From a virus: DNA of 64,000 bases. Both the position numbers and the translations under genes were made by a program. The notes below the pieces were generated by a model that worked only from the letters and a program-made list of their open reading frames with translations, searched no databases and was not told the origin of the DNA. Shown one piece after another: positions 40,337 to 49,947 of the stretch (its first letter is position 1; each line of letters starts with the position of its first letter). Location of the stretch: IMG/VR virus record IMGVR_UViG_3300028045_000008, positions 1 through 64,000 of that record. The stretch is one strand, 5' to 3'.

Positions 40337-42271
40337 ATGACAAAAACAAATGAATTTTTAGAGATTATTGAGAAGAAGAATAAAGAAAAGAACAAAAGCA
40401 AGTTTTCTGGGACCTTTTCGGAATATTTGAAGCTCGTTGAGGAGGATGGAACCATTTCCATACTAGCTCACAAAAGGCTCTATGAGACCATTAAAGCGGA
40501 AGGCGTGACTAGGATGTCTCCAGAAGACGGCCGATGCGCAAACCTATTCAATGGTGAAAAAATAAGAACTTATGATTATTTTCAATCAAAATTCTTTGGC
40601 ATGGAAAGATCTTTGGCAAAAATTATGAGATATCTACATTCTGCAGCCATGAGGGGAGAGGAGAGCAAGCAAGTTCTTCTTCTGCTAGGCCCAGTCGGCG
40701 CCGGAAAGTCAGCACTCATCGAACACGTTAAACGCGCCCTAGAGTCCGCAGGCTCCTTTTATCAGATCGCAGGCTGTCCCATCCAGGAAGAGCCGCTACA
40801 CTTGATACCGAGAAGTCTCCGAGCAGAATTTAAAGATCTTTATGGTGTCAACGTCGAGGGGGATTTGTGTCCGGTTTGTCGACACAACCTGTTGAACGAA
40901 TATGGCGGAGATTATCTAAGTATGCCCGTAATCGAATCCACCTTCTCTGTGAGGGGTCGCCGCGGCGTAGGCGTTGTTCCTCCCATGGACGCGAACACCC
41001 AAGATACCAGTATCCTGATTGGATCAGAGGATATCTCTAAATTGGATTTGTACCCAGAGGATGATCCCAGGGCCCTGAGTCTAAACGGCGCATTCAATGT
41101 CGGAAATCGTGGTATTGTAGAATTTGTGGAGGTGTTTAAAAATGAAATAGAGTTCCTTCACACTATGATTACGGCAACTCAAGAAAAATCCGTCCCATCA
41201 CCAGGTAAAGGCGCCATGATTTATTTTGACGGTGTAATCCTGGCCCATTGTAACGAAGCTGAGTGGAATAAGTTCAAGTCAGAAAATACAAATGAGGCAA
41301 TTCTTGATAGAATTGTCAGAGTTAACGTTCCTTATTGTCTTGAAATCGGTGAAGAGCAGAAGATATATCAAAAAATGCTTGATGAATCTGATTTCGATGC
41401 ACATATCGCCCCACACACCCTAGAGATAGCGGCAATGTTCGCTGTTTTGTCGCGTCTAAAGATATCTAACAAGGTTGACTCTATTACAAAGATGAAGATT
41501 TATAATGGAGAGGAGATCGTTGAGAAGGGATATATCAAAAAAATAGATATTAACGATCTAAGGGAAGAAGCGAGAGACGAAGGTATGACTGGACTTTCAA
41601 CTAGATTTATCATGAAGTCTATTGATGCCGCTTTAGCCGATTCAGATAAAAACATGGTCACCCCGATATCAATTCGTGATGCGCTCGTGAAACAGGTCAA
41701 GGAGCAGGTAGTTGTCGATGACTTGAGAGAGAAATATCTATCGTTTCTCCAAAAAGAGCTTCACGATGAGTACTTGAGAATACTGGAAAAAGAAATAACA
41801 AAAGCATTTGTTTCAGCATATTCGGAACAGGCAGAATCCCTTTTCGACAATTATCTTGATCATGCGGAGGCATATGTTAACGCAACTAAGGTAAAAGACA
41901 ACGTCACTGGAGAAGAGATGTCTGCAGATGAAGACTTCCTTTCCTCAATCGAAGAACAAATAGGAATCGTTGGATCAGCCAAAGACAACTTCAGGGCAGA
42001 TATCACTGCTTATATGTTCGCAAAACTGAGAAGAAAGGAAAAAATTGACTGGAGAGCTTATGGTCCACTCAAGGAAGCAATCGAAAGTAAGCTGCTGGAT
42101 TCAGTGAGAGATATCTCCAGAATTGTAACCAAGTCGAAATCCAGAGACAATAAACAGAAAAAGAAATATAATGAAATGGTTAAAGTGTTAATCGAGGATC
42201 ACGGATATAACGAAGATTCCGCAAACGAGATTATTAAATATGCCTCAAATAACCTTTGGCGCGATAGCTAA
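40337..42271 (+). CDS. prkA: PrkA/YeaG family AAA+ ATPase / Ser kinase
   Basis: FFGME, Walker A GPVGAGKS, CP.QEEPL, LCPVC, NRGIVEFVE.FK, NEAEW, EAILDRI, EGMTG.STR; ATG 40337 preferred over 40316. Confidence 0.93.
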   Translation: MTKTNEFLEIIEKKNKEKNKSKFSGTFSEYLKLVEEDGTISILAHKRLYETIKAEGVTRMSPEDGRCANLFNGEKIRTYDYFQSKFFGMERSLAKIMRYLHSAAMRGEESKQVLLLLGPVGAGKSALIEHVKRALESAGSFYQIAGCPIQEEPLHLIPRSLRAEFKDLYGVNVEGDLCPVCRHNLLNEYGGDYLSMPVIESTFSVRGRRGVGVVPPMDANTQDTSILIGSEDISKLDLYPEDDPRALSLNGAFNVGNRGIVEFVEVFKNEIEFLHTMITATQEKSVPSPGKGAMIYFDGVILAHCNEAEWNKFKSENTNEAILDRIVRVNVPYCLEIGEEQKIYQKMLDESDFDAHIAPHTLEIAAMFAVLSRLKISNKVDSITKMKIYNGEEIVEKGYIKKIDINDLREEARDEGMTGLSTRFIMKSIDAALADSDKNMVTPISIRDALVKQVKEQVVVDDLREKYLSFLQKELHDEYLRILEKEITKAFVSAYSEQAESLFDNYLDHAEAYVNATKVKDNVTGEEMSADEDFLSSIEEQIGIVGSAKDNFRADITAYMFAKLRRKEKIDWRAYGPLKEAIESKLLDSVRDISRIVTKSKSRDNKQKKKYNEMVKVLIEDHGYNEDSANEIIKYASNNLWRDS

Positions 42272-42298
42272 AATATATTAAAAAATAACATTTAAATT

Positions 42299-42333
42299 AA
42301 GCCCCTTATTTCATTTAGAAAAGGGGCTTCTTT
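42299..42333 (+). terminator. Putative Rho-independent terminator after prkA
   Basis: aagcccctt/aaggggctt inverted repeat then ctttt-rich tract. Confidence 0.65.
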
Positions 42334-42468
42334 ATGTCTTTTCGTGTAGTGACCTCCTATCTACGGGCGAATGAGTGTGCCTGGCATACTTGTTCTTGGT
42401 TTTTTTAAACTTTTGGTTTATCAAAACCAACATATTTCAATTTCAAACATTGAGGAGGAAATAACAAT

Positions 42469-44964
42469 ATGGCTTTTAATTTAAACAGTTTCCAGCAATG
42501 GAAAACTTATATGTCCTCATGGGGTAGTCCTGTGAATTTAGATCACATTTACGACTATGCTGGATATATCTATGGCGGAAGCAACTTAGATGTTGACGAA
42601 GCTTCAATCCCATCTTCGTGGCTTGGTACGGCTGGAGACAGACGCTACCCTGCCGCTGACACTCTTGAAATGGGAATCACTGGTACTGCCTATGACGGCA
42701 GCGCCTATGATAAAGTAATCAAGTATACTTGGGCTGGTTTGACCGTTAATGGTGGTGGAAACAATGACATATTTATCACGCCGTCCCACATCAAAGATGC
42801 AGGCGGCGCGTATGTCGCGACATCGGCAGATGAGCAGGCAATGTATCGTATTCGTATCTCGAACGGACCAACTTATGCAATGCTAACTATAGAACCAAAT
42901 TTCCCATCGACCGGACCACAGCCTGGGCCGTTCTCTCCGGGAACCGCGGTTTCTATCAATACTATGGTATTTGATGCTGATAATTATGACGCTCTTGCCA
43001 ATAGCGGTCAAGCTCATAATTATGTCAGTGATTATACAGGCGGCCCACAAACCATTTCAGTTGTCAAAATAACTGAAAGTGGCGAAGATGCAACTCTTGC
43101 TGGCCAGGATGTCGGCGACACTCTTTCTGTATACGGCAGCGCAGGCTGGCTCGCTACTCCTAGTGGTCAAACTCGGAAATATCAGTGGAATCTTGATGGA
43201 GTCGCAGTAGCCGGCGTAACCGGAACCTCGTACACTACAGATACTGCTGGAACCGTCACTGTGACTGTTAGCGATGACGAATTCGTCACCTCTTCGACTT
43301 CAGACGGCGTCTCAGTAAATGCTGGCGCTCAAGGAGCGTTCGTCTTAGATGAAGACTTTGAGTCAACCGATGTAGGATCTCTTCCTAGCGGCTTTACCAC
43401 CTCTGGCGATGCCGGATGGGAAGTTGTGGCTAACGGAGGAGCCTATGAAGGAACCAAGCATCTAATATCTCAGGATATCGACGATTCCCAGGCTTCCGTT
43501 TTGGTATATTCTCTGACTATCACTGAGGCTGCGGTCTTGAACTTCTGGTGGAATGTTTCCTCAGAAGCTAACTATGATAAACTGCATTTCTATGTAGATG
43601 GTGCCGAAGAAGGATCCGGCATCTCAGGAGCACCTGGCTGGGCTAAAGTGACATACACTTTTAACGCGGCAGGAACTTATGAACTAAAGTGGTCCTACAC
43701 AAAAGATAGTTCGGCAGATGGCGGGGATGACCTCGGTATGCTGGACAAAATCACAGTACAAAACATTAATGAAGACACAACAGGAGGAAACATTATGTCT
43801 AAAACTAGAATTAACATTCGTCAGGTCGACCTGGAATTAGCAGGCGGCGCTGAAGAATATGAAACAATGGCAGAGGCAGTTGCCGCTGAGGGCGCAGCCC
43901 TTTACGGTAAACTGGTCCCTGCAAAATTTGACCCAAAATACATGGGTGTTAGCTTGAGCGTGGTAGATTTTAAAGCCGCAGCATCTGGCTATACGATTGT
44001 AAACAGGGATGCCCTTGACGACGTTCGAACAACGCTCGAAGGCGCAGATACAACTCTTCAGTCGAACATCGATGCTGAAGCTGCACGCGCATTGGCAGCA
44101 GAAGCTGCCCTTCAGGGTAACATCGATGCTGAAGCAGCAGCCCGCACAACAGCAGATACAACTCTTCAGTCGAACATCGATGCTGAAGCTGCACGCGCAT
44201 TGGCAGCAGAAGCTGCCCTTCAGGGTAACATCGATACTGTTGACGCTCGCGTCACCGCGATCCTCTCGGGTTCATCCGACGGCCTCGACACATTTATCGA
44301 AGTTGTCGCAGCCTATGAGGCTGCTGATGGTAGTCTTGAGACTTCCATCACCAACCTGTCGACCGTAGCAGCAGACGATCGCGCAGCAATCCGCTCCGAG
44401 TTTGAAGCAGCAGATACAGCCCTCCAGGGTAACATCGACGCACTAGGGGCGTATGCTGGTGTTGAAATTCTCTCCGCTTCTGACGACCGTGCATTAATCC
44501 GCACTGAATTCGCAGCAGCAGATGTAGTTCTTCAGAATCAAATCACCTCGAACGATACTGATATCGCTACTAACGCAGCAGATATTTCTTCTGAAGCTGC
44601 ACGCGCATTGGCAGCAGAAGCTGCCCTTTCCGCCAGTGTTACCACTGAGCAGACTAGAGCATTGACAGCAGAAGCTGCCCTCACCACTGATGTCAGTGAG
44701 CTAAACGCTGATATACTTGCCCTATACGGAAGACACTTCAGAGCTAGCTCTGTCGTAGGTTCCGATGGCACTTATGAGGTTGCCCTAGGCGACCTCGCAG
44801 ACGAAGGTTCATTGCAGGTATTTGTCAACGGTATACTTATGGTAACCACTGTTGATTATACTGTGTCCTCCGCCGCCGGCGTTATGACCGTCAGTGTCTT
44901 GGGCTGTGAAACAGGTGATGATGTCACTGTCATGGGCCAAAAGCAGGTCTCTCTCACATCGTAA
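42469..44964 (+). CDS. Virion fibre/decoration protein: N-terminal adhesin-like beta domains plus C-terminal coiled-coil stalk
   Basis: Strong GAGGAGG RBS; Ig-like and W.VSSE..YD.L.F.VDG (MAM-like) domains; 18-aa periodic Ala-rich coiled coil. Confidence 0.7.
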   Translation: MAFNLNSFQQWKTYMSSWGSPVNLDHIYDYAGYIYGGSNLDVDEASIPSSWLGTAGDRRYPAADTLEMGITGTAYDGSAYDKVIKYTWAGLTVNGGGNNDIFITPSHIKDAGGAYVATSADEQAMYRIRISNGPTYAMLTIEPNFPSTGPQPGPFSPGTAVSINTMVFDADNYDALANSGQAHNYVSDYTGGPQTISVVKITESGEDATLAGQDVGDTLSVYGSAGWLATPSGQTRKYQWNLDGVAVAGVTGTSYTTDTAGTVTVTVSDDEFVTSSTSDGVSVNAGAQGAFVLDEDFESTDVGSLPSGFTTSGDAGWEVVANGGAYEGTKHLISQDIDDSQASVLVYSLTITEAAVLNFWWNVSSEANYDKLHFYVDGAEEGSGISGAPGWAKVTYTFNAAGTYELKWSYTKDSSADGGDDLGMLDKITVQNINEDTTGGNIMSKTRINIRQVDLELAGGAEEYETMAEAVAAEGAALYGKLVPAKFDPKYMGVSLSVVDFKAAASGYTIVNRDALDDVRTTLEGADTTLQSNIDAEAARALAAEAALQGNIDAEAAARTTADTTLQSNIDAEAARALAAEAALQGNIDTVDARVTAILSGSSDGLDTFIEVVAAYEAADGSLETSITNLSTVAADDRAAIRSEFEAADTALQGNIDALGAYAGVEILSASDDRALIRTEFAAADVVLQNQITSNDTDIATNAADISSEAARALAAEAALSASVTTEQTRALTAEAALTTDVSELNADILALYGRHFRASSVVGSDGTYEVALGDLADEGSLQVFVNGILMVTTVDYTVSSAAGVMTVSVLGCETGDDVTVMGQKQVSLTS
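44044..44235 (+). repeat. 84-bp exact direct repeat, 108-bp period, in coiled-coil coding region
   Basis: 44044-44127 identical to 44152-44235; partial third copy near 44591-44628. Confidence 0.9.
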
Positions 44965-45011
44965 TAGCTTAAACTATTAAAGCGATATTCCAATCTTATT
45001 GAAATATTGCC

Positions 45012-45047
45012 GGGCTCTCCCATTAATTTGGGAGGGCCCTTTTTTTT
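45012..45047 (+). terminator. Rho-independent terminator
   Basis: gggctctccca/tgggagggccc hairpin plus T8. Confidence 0.85.
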
Positions 45048-45089
45048 AAACTACTTAAGAACGAACAATGAAAAGGGGGATCGAAAGAT

Positions 45090-45467
45090 ATGTTCGAAAA
45101 GATAAAGAGTTTTTTTACCACTAACAGCAACGCGAAGTCAGAAGTCGAAGAAGCCCTACAAGAAGAAATCCATGAGGCCCCACCAGAACCACCAAACACT
45201 TTGGAGATCCCATGGGAAGATGTAACACCGCTAAAGAACATTGACAATGCCAGGAAAAAGCTTCATGATAAAATTAAAGATATTCTATACAATGCAAAGA
45301 TGACAGAGGCCAAGGCTTTCCAGACTTTAGATCTTTATCGAGAGATTGAAAAAGAAAAGCTGAAAGAACTACATGAGAAATACAACATCCCATCAGATGG
45401 AAGTTACGACCTGGAATTGCCGGCGATAACCGGAAAGCAAGGATATTTCAAAAAAAGGAATAAGTAG
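45090..45467 (+). CDS. Hypothetical protein
   Basis: ORF with CTACTTA motif (45051) and RBS. Confidence 0.55.
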   Translation: MFEKIKSFFTTNSNAKSEVEEALQEEIHEAPPEPPNTLEIPWEDVTPLKNIDNARKKLHDKIKDILYNAKMTEAKAFQTLDLYREIEKEKLKELHEKYNIPSDGSYDLELPAITGKQGYFKKRNK

Positions 45468-45557
45468 TCCTATTCTGGAATATTTAATATGACTTTGAAA
45501 AAAGAATAAACTATTTATAGTATAACAGGATTTTATTCCCCGTAGGAGAAATTTTAA

Positions 45558-48425
45558 ATGTCAGTCAAAAAGTTCAAATTTGTATCGCCCGGCGTATTTT
45601 TAAGCGAAGTTGACAACTCGCAATTACCGGCAGCAGAACGAGAAATCGGCCCACTTGTCGTTGGTCGTACCCAATTTGGCCCAGCCATGAGACCAGTCAC
45701 CGTTCAATCGTTTTCTGAATATGTCGAGACTTTTGGTAATCCGGTACCAGGCGGCGCCGGAGGAGATGTGTGGAGAGATGGGAACCAGCAGGGCCCAACA
45801 TATGCTGCATATGCAGCCCAAGCATATCTGAAGTCTGATGTCGGACCAGTGACAATGATTCGCCTTTTGGGAAGTCAAAATCCAGAGTTTCTTGGAAGTC
45901 CGGTGGCAGCAAACCGCGCATCCGCTGGGTGGGCAACGGAAGGGACAATTTCTCCCGGTAACGACGGTGGGGCCTACGCCCTGGTTGTCTGCAATAGCTC
46001 CTCATCTCCAGCAGGAGTGGCTCAAGATGCTGTCGTCGCGGCAATCTGGTACATGGACAGTGGTTCTATCTCTCTTAGCGGAACACTCGCCGGCCCAGCC
46101 GGCGCCACTGGACAGACAGGGTCATACGCCTTGTTCAAAAACAATGGCTCCTCCTTCAACCCAGAATACACAGCTATAATAAAAGACTCTCTTGGGAATG
46201 TGGTTCACAAAACAGCATTTAATGCTGATCCCGATTCCGCTAAGTATATCAGAAATGTCTTCAATACGAATCCTCAGTTAGTGAACTCTGACGTAGTGGA
46301 CACTACGGTTTTTAATCGCGGTGAAAATCTGTATTGGCTCGGAGAAACTTTCGAGAATACCATGGCAAAGCTCGTTTTGGGCGGAGACATAACAAACCCA
46401 GACGCAATGATTGTAGCCCTCGGAAACGCTGCTGGAACCGTCAGTAGATCTGATATGAAGCAGAATTATCAAGAAGCAGCCACCGGCTGGTTCATCTCGC
46501 AAGATCTAACTTCAGATGCCGCATCTTACGTCGCTTCCAACCAGAACAATCTGTTTAGAATTGTCGCTAGAGACGCTGGAGAGAACGCCCAGAACACTTT
46601 AAAAATATCAGTACAGAATATCAAACCATCTACCAGCTTACTGGATCAATATGGTACTTTCGATGTTGTGGTGAGAAGAGCAAACGACACAGACAACGTT
46701 GTTAAATACGTCGAGAGATATACAAATCTATCTTTGAATCCTTCATCTGAAAACTACATCGGAGTTAAAATTGGTGATAAATATACCATTTATGACGATG
46801 ACCAAAAGAGACTTAGAGAATATGGACAGTACGACAATCAATCGAAATACATTCGAGTAGAAATTAGAGATGATGTTGCCACTGGCCTGACTGATCCAAA
46901 AGCTCTACCATTCGGAGTCAGAGGACCAAAGGTCCCAGCAACAGTAACTATCGAGTCCGGTTCCGTGTCTATCACCACTCCAGGCGATGCAGATTCTATA
47001 TTGGTCACCGGCTCAGTGGCTGCTGACACGAAGGCTTCCCCTACATCGATGTATGACGCAGGCGGATACGCACAACACACATGCTCCATTCAGTGGCCAG
47101 CAGTGACTCTCCGCCTCTCAGCTTCTGACGGCGGCCTTGGAAACCCAACTGACGCATTTTTCGGCGCGCAGTCATCAACCCAGCTTTCCGTCAATGACAA
47201 TCTTAACTTTGATCCAGGCTGGGGAGATCTTCTGAGATCATTTCCTACCGCCCTTGAGGGAACTCTTGTAGATTCGTGGGTATTCTCCCTGGATGAAGTT
47301 GTCACTTCTGGTTCAGCGACAGCCTTCTGGAAAGACGGCTCAAGAGCATCGCTTGATTCGGCCACTGCACAGGGGGATTATACTTCTATTTTGACAGATG
47401 GTTATGACAGCTTTACGGCCCCCCTTTACGATGGGTTTGACGGCCTCAATATCAAGGAGATCGAACCATTTAGAAACAGTGCCATGGGAGCCACTGATAA
47501 CGAGTACTCCAACTACGCATTTAACGCAATTCAACAAGCTCTCAACAGTATTTCCGACCCAGAAGTTGTAGAGTATAATCTACTCGCAGTACCTGGGCTG
47601 ACTAACACAAAATTGACGCAACATATGATAAACATTTGCGAAGACAGAGCAGACGCTCTCGCAGTCGTCGACCTCGAAGATGTGTATGCTCCTTTTACAG
47701 AGAATACTAAGGCATTTCAGGAAAGAGTTAGTACCCCGAATGACGCAGTGAACGCACTTAGACTGAGGCAAATTGATTCTTCTTACGCATGTACCTATTT
47801 CCCATGGGTCCAGGTCCGAGATACTATCGCCTCTAGATTACTCTGGGTCCCGCCTTCCGTAATAGGACTTGGCGTCATGGCGAACTCCGAGGCCAAATCA
47901 GAGGTATGGTTTGCACCTGCAGGATTTAATCGTGGAGGTCTTACAGAGGGCTCTGCCGGATTACCAGTCGCAGGCCTGACATATAAGCTGACCTCGAAAG
48001 ACAGGGATCTTCTTTATGATGCGAGTGTTAATCCAATCGCCTCATTCCCATCGGAAGGCATTGTCGTTTTCGGACAAAAAACTATGCAGGTTAAGAGATC
48101 AGCACTCGATCGAATTAACGTGAGAAGGTTGATGATCTTCATTAAGAAACAGGTATCCAGAATATCTTCTGGCCTCTTGTTTGATCAGAACGTTAGCGTG
48201 ACTTGGGAGAGGTTCCTAAATCAGGTTAATCCGCTGCTGTCAAGTATCCAGTCGAGATTGGGATTGACCGAATTTAAGGTTGTTCTCGATGAGACGACCA
48301 CTACTCCGGACTTGGTAGATCAGAACATCATGTATGCTAAGATATTCTTGAAGCCTGCAAGAGCTATTGAGTTTATCGCAGTTGATTTTGTGATTACGAG
48401 ATCTGGCGCATCTTTTGATGACTAA
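45558..48425 (+). CDS. Tail sheath protein (gp18-like), 955 aa with insertions
   Basis: SPGVFLSEVD, F...FG, WFAPAGFNRG, FGQKT, RINVRRL, P..AIEFI. Confidence 0.95.
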   Translation: MSVKKFKFVSPGVFLSEVDNSQLPAAEREIGPLVVGRTQFGPAMRPVTVQSFSEYVETFGNPVPGGAGGDVWRDGNQQGPTYAAYAAQAYLKSDVGPVTMIRLLGSQNPEFLGSPVAANRASAGWATEGTISPGNDGGAYALVVCNSSSSPAGVAQDAVVAAIWYMDSGSISLSGTLAGPAGATGQTGSYALFKNNGSSFNPEYTAIIKDSLGNVVHKTAFNADPDSAKYIRNVFNTNPQLVNSDVVDTTVFNRGENLYWLGETFENTMAKLVLGGDITNPDAMIVALGNAAGTVSRSDMKQNYQEAATGWFISQDLTSDAASYVASNQNNLFRIVARDAGENAQNTLKISVQNIKPSTSLLDQYGTFDVVVRRANDTDNVVKYVERYTNLSLNPSSENYIGVKIGDKYTIYDDDQKRLREYGQYDNQSKYIRVEIRDDVATGLTDPKALPFGVRGPKVPATVTIESGSVSITTPGDADSILVTGSVAADTKASPTSMYDAGGYAQHTCSIQWPAVTLRLSASDGGLGNPTDAFFGAQSSTQLSVNDNLNFDPGWGDLLRSFPTALEGTLVDSWVFSLDEVVTSGSATAFWKDGSRASLDSATAQGDYTSILTDGYDSFTAPLYDGFDGLNIKEIEPFRNSAMGATDNEYSNYAFNAIQQALNSISDPEVVEYNLLAVPGLTNTKLTQHMINICEDRADALAVVDLEDVYAPFTENTKAFQERVSTPNDAVNALRLRQIDSSYACTYFPWVQVRDTIASRLLWVPPSVIGLGVMANSEAKSEVWFAPAGFNRGGLTEGSAGLPVAGLTYKLTSKDRDLLYDASVNPIASFPSEGIVVFGQKTMQVKRSALDRINVRRLMIFIKKQVSRISSGLLFDQNVSVTWERFLNQVNPLLSSIQSRLGLTEFKVVLDETTTTPDLVDQNIMYAKIFLKPARAIEFIAVDFVITRSGASFDD

Positions 48426-48479
48426 AAGAAAACTAACAACTATTTAAGAATATACAGCACATAAGGAGTATTTTAAAAT

Positions 48480-49064
48480 ATGGCATTCTGGACAGACGCT
48501 CAAAATAAAGATCCAAAAAGAGCATTTAGATTTATGGTTCAAATCGGCGGCATGGAAAATGGCGCTACTTGGTATGCGAAGGCAGTACAGAAACCATCGA
48601 TAAAGGTTGAAGAGGCTGATCACACTTTTCTAAACCACAAGTTCTATTATCCTGGCAGAACAAGCTGGGAGGCTATAGAAATTACTCTGGTTGATCCGGT
48701 CAGTCCGGACGCTGCAGCAAATACTGCGGCAATTATTCGTGCCTCTGGATATACTCCACCCAAAGATGTTAATGATGTGACAACTATGTCTAAAGCGTCT
48801 GCGGTCAAGGCACTCAATGGAGTAGTCATTAAGCAGATAGATTCAGTTGGCGAAACTCTTGAAAAGTGGACTCTTTGGAATGCTTTTCTCACAGGCGTTA
48901 CCTATGGCGATTTAAGTTACAATGAAGAGGGCCTTACCGAGATAAAAATGACAGTACGTTTTGATTGGGCTGTGCTTGAGACTCTTAATGAATCAAAAAC
49001 GGGACAAACCACACCATCCGGCGCCCCCGCCGATGGAAAAACATTCTTTAAACCAGGAAGCTGA
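48480..49064 (+). CDS. Tail tube protein (gp19-like)
   Basis: DPKR.FRF, YYPGR..W..I.IT..D, E.W.L.NAF...V.YGDL.Y, ..RFDW. Confidence 0.85.
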   Translation: MAFWTDAQNKDPKRAFRFMVQIGGMENGATWYAKAVQKPSIKVEEADHTFLNHKFYYPGRTSWEAIEITLVDPVSPDAAANTAAIIRASGYTPPKDVNDVTTMSKASAVKALNGVVIKQIDSVGETLEKWTLWNAFLTGVTYGDLSYNEEGLTEIKMTVRFDWAVLETLNESKTGQTTPSGAPADGKTFFKPGS

Positions 49065-49089
49065 TAAATAATTTTAAGAGAGGTGTATA

Positions 49090-49947
49090 TTGGCTAGAAA
49101 TAAAGACCGATTAGGTCTTGGAAAGGACGTGGAGAGTAATGATCCTATCTCCCCTTCCGCAGCAATGAATTCGGATGGCCCGCTCATATTCGAGACCCCA
49201 TCTGAATTCGTCGAACTACCGACAAAGGGTCGATTTTATCCACAAAATCATCCACTTCATAACCAGGAGCATGTCGAAATAAAGCACATGACCGCAAGAG
49301 AGGAGGACATTCTGTCTTCTAGATCTCTCTTGAAAAAGGGTGTTGCTCTAGACAGGTTTGTTCAGAGTGTTTTGAAAGATAAGAGGATAAAAGTAGAAGA
49401 TCTCTATATTGGAGATAGAAACGCTATACTCATAGCCGCCAGGGTTACTGGTTATGGCGAGGAGTATGCAACGCAGATCACATGCCCTTCTTGCATCAGT
49501 GTCGAGAAACATTCCTTTGATTTGGACCAGAGAGTCTTGACAGAGGGTGCTATCGCCGAGGATTCTGATGCAGAATTTACAGACACAGGGACTGTGACGA
49601 CGAGATTGCCTATATTCAAGGTTAAAGTTGAACTTCGACTTCTGACCGTGAAAGAAGAGAATTATTTGAGTCGCTTGACAAATAATAAAAAAGACAAGAA
49701 TCTTCCCGATACGAAATTAACTGATATGTTGAAAATGATCATTGTATCTGTTGAGGGGAAAGAAGATTCAGCCACAATTGCTTCTCTAGTGGATAACCTT
49801 CCCGCTAGAGATTCTAAACACTTGAGAGATATCTATACCAAAGCTATCCCAAATGTTAGCATGAGACAGAGATTTGAATGCTCCTCATGTTCTTACGAAG
49901 GTGAAACGGAGGTTCCGCTTAATGCGGAGTTCTTTTGGCCTAAGTAA
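49090..49947 (+). CDS. Tail assembly chaperone / baseplate hub assembly protein (gp26-like)
   Basis: VELPTKG.FY, MTAREEDIL, GDRNAIL..AR..GYG, CPSC and CSSC, FFWP end. Confidence 0.7.
   Translation: MARNKDRLGLGKDVESNDPISPSAAMNSDGPLIFETPSEFVELPTKGRFYPQNHPLHNQEHVEIKHMTAREEDILSSRSLLKKGVALDRFVQSVLKDKRIKVEDLYIGDRNAILIAARVTGYGEEYATQITCPSCISVEKHSFDLDQRVLTEGAIAEDSDAEFTDTGTVTTRLPIFKVKVELRLLTVKEENYLSRLTNNKKDKNLPDTKLTDMLKMIIVSVEGKEDSATIASLVDNLPARDSKHLRDIYTKAIPNVSMRQRFECSSCSYEGETEVPLNAEFFWPK

Noticed and set aside
21457-44235. Short repeats as CRISPR arrays or DGR template/variable repeats
   Set aside because: They are in-frame coding repeats with no unique spacers, no adenine-specific mismatches and no Cas or reverse transcriptase gene in the window
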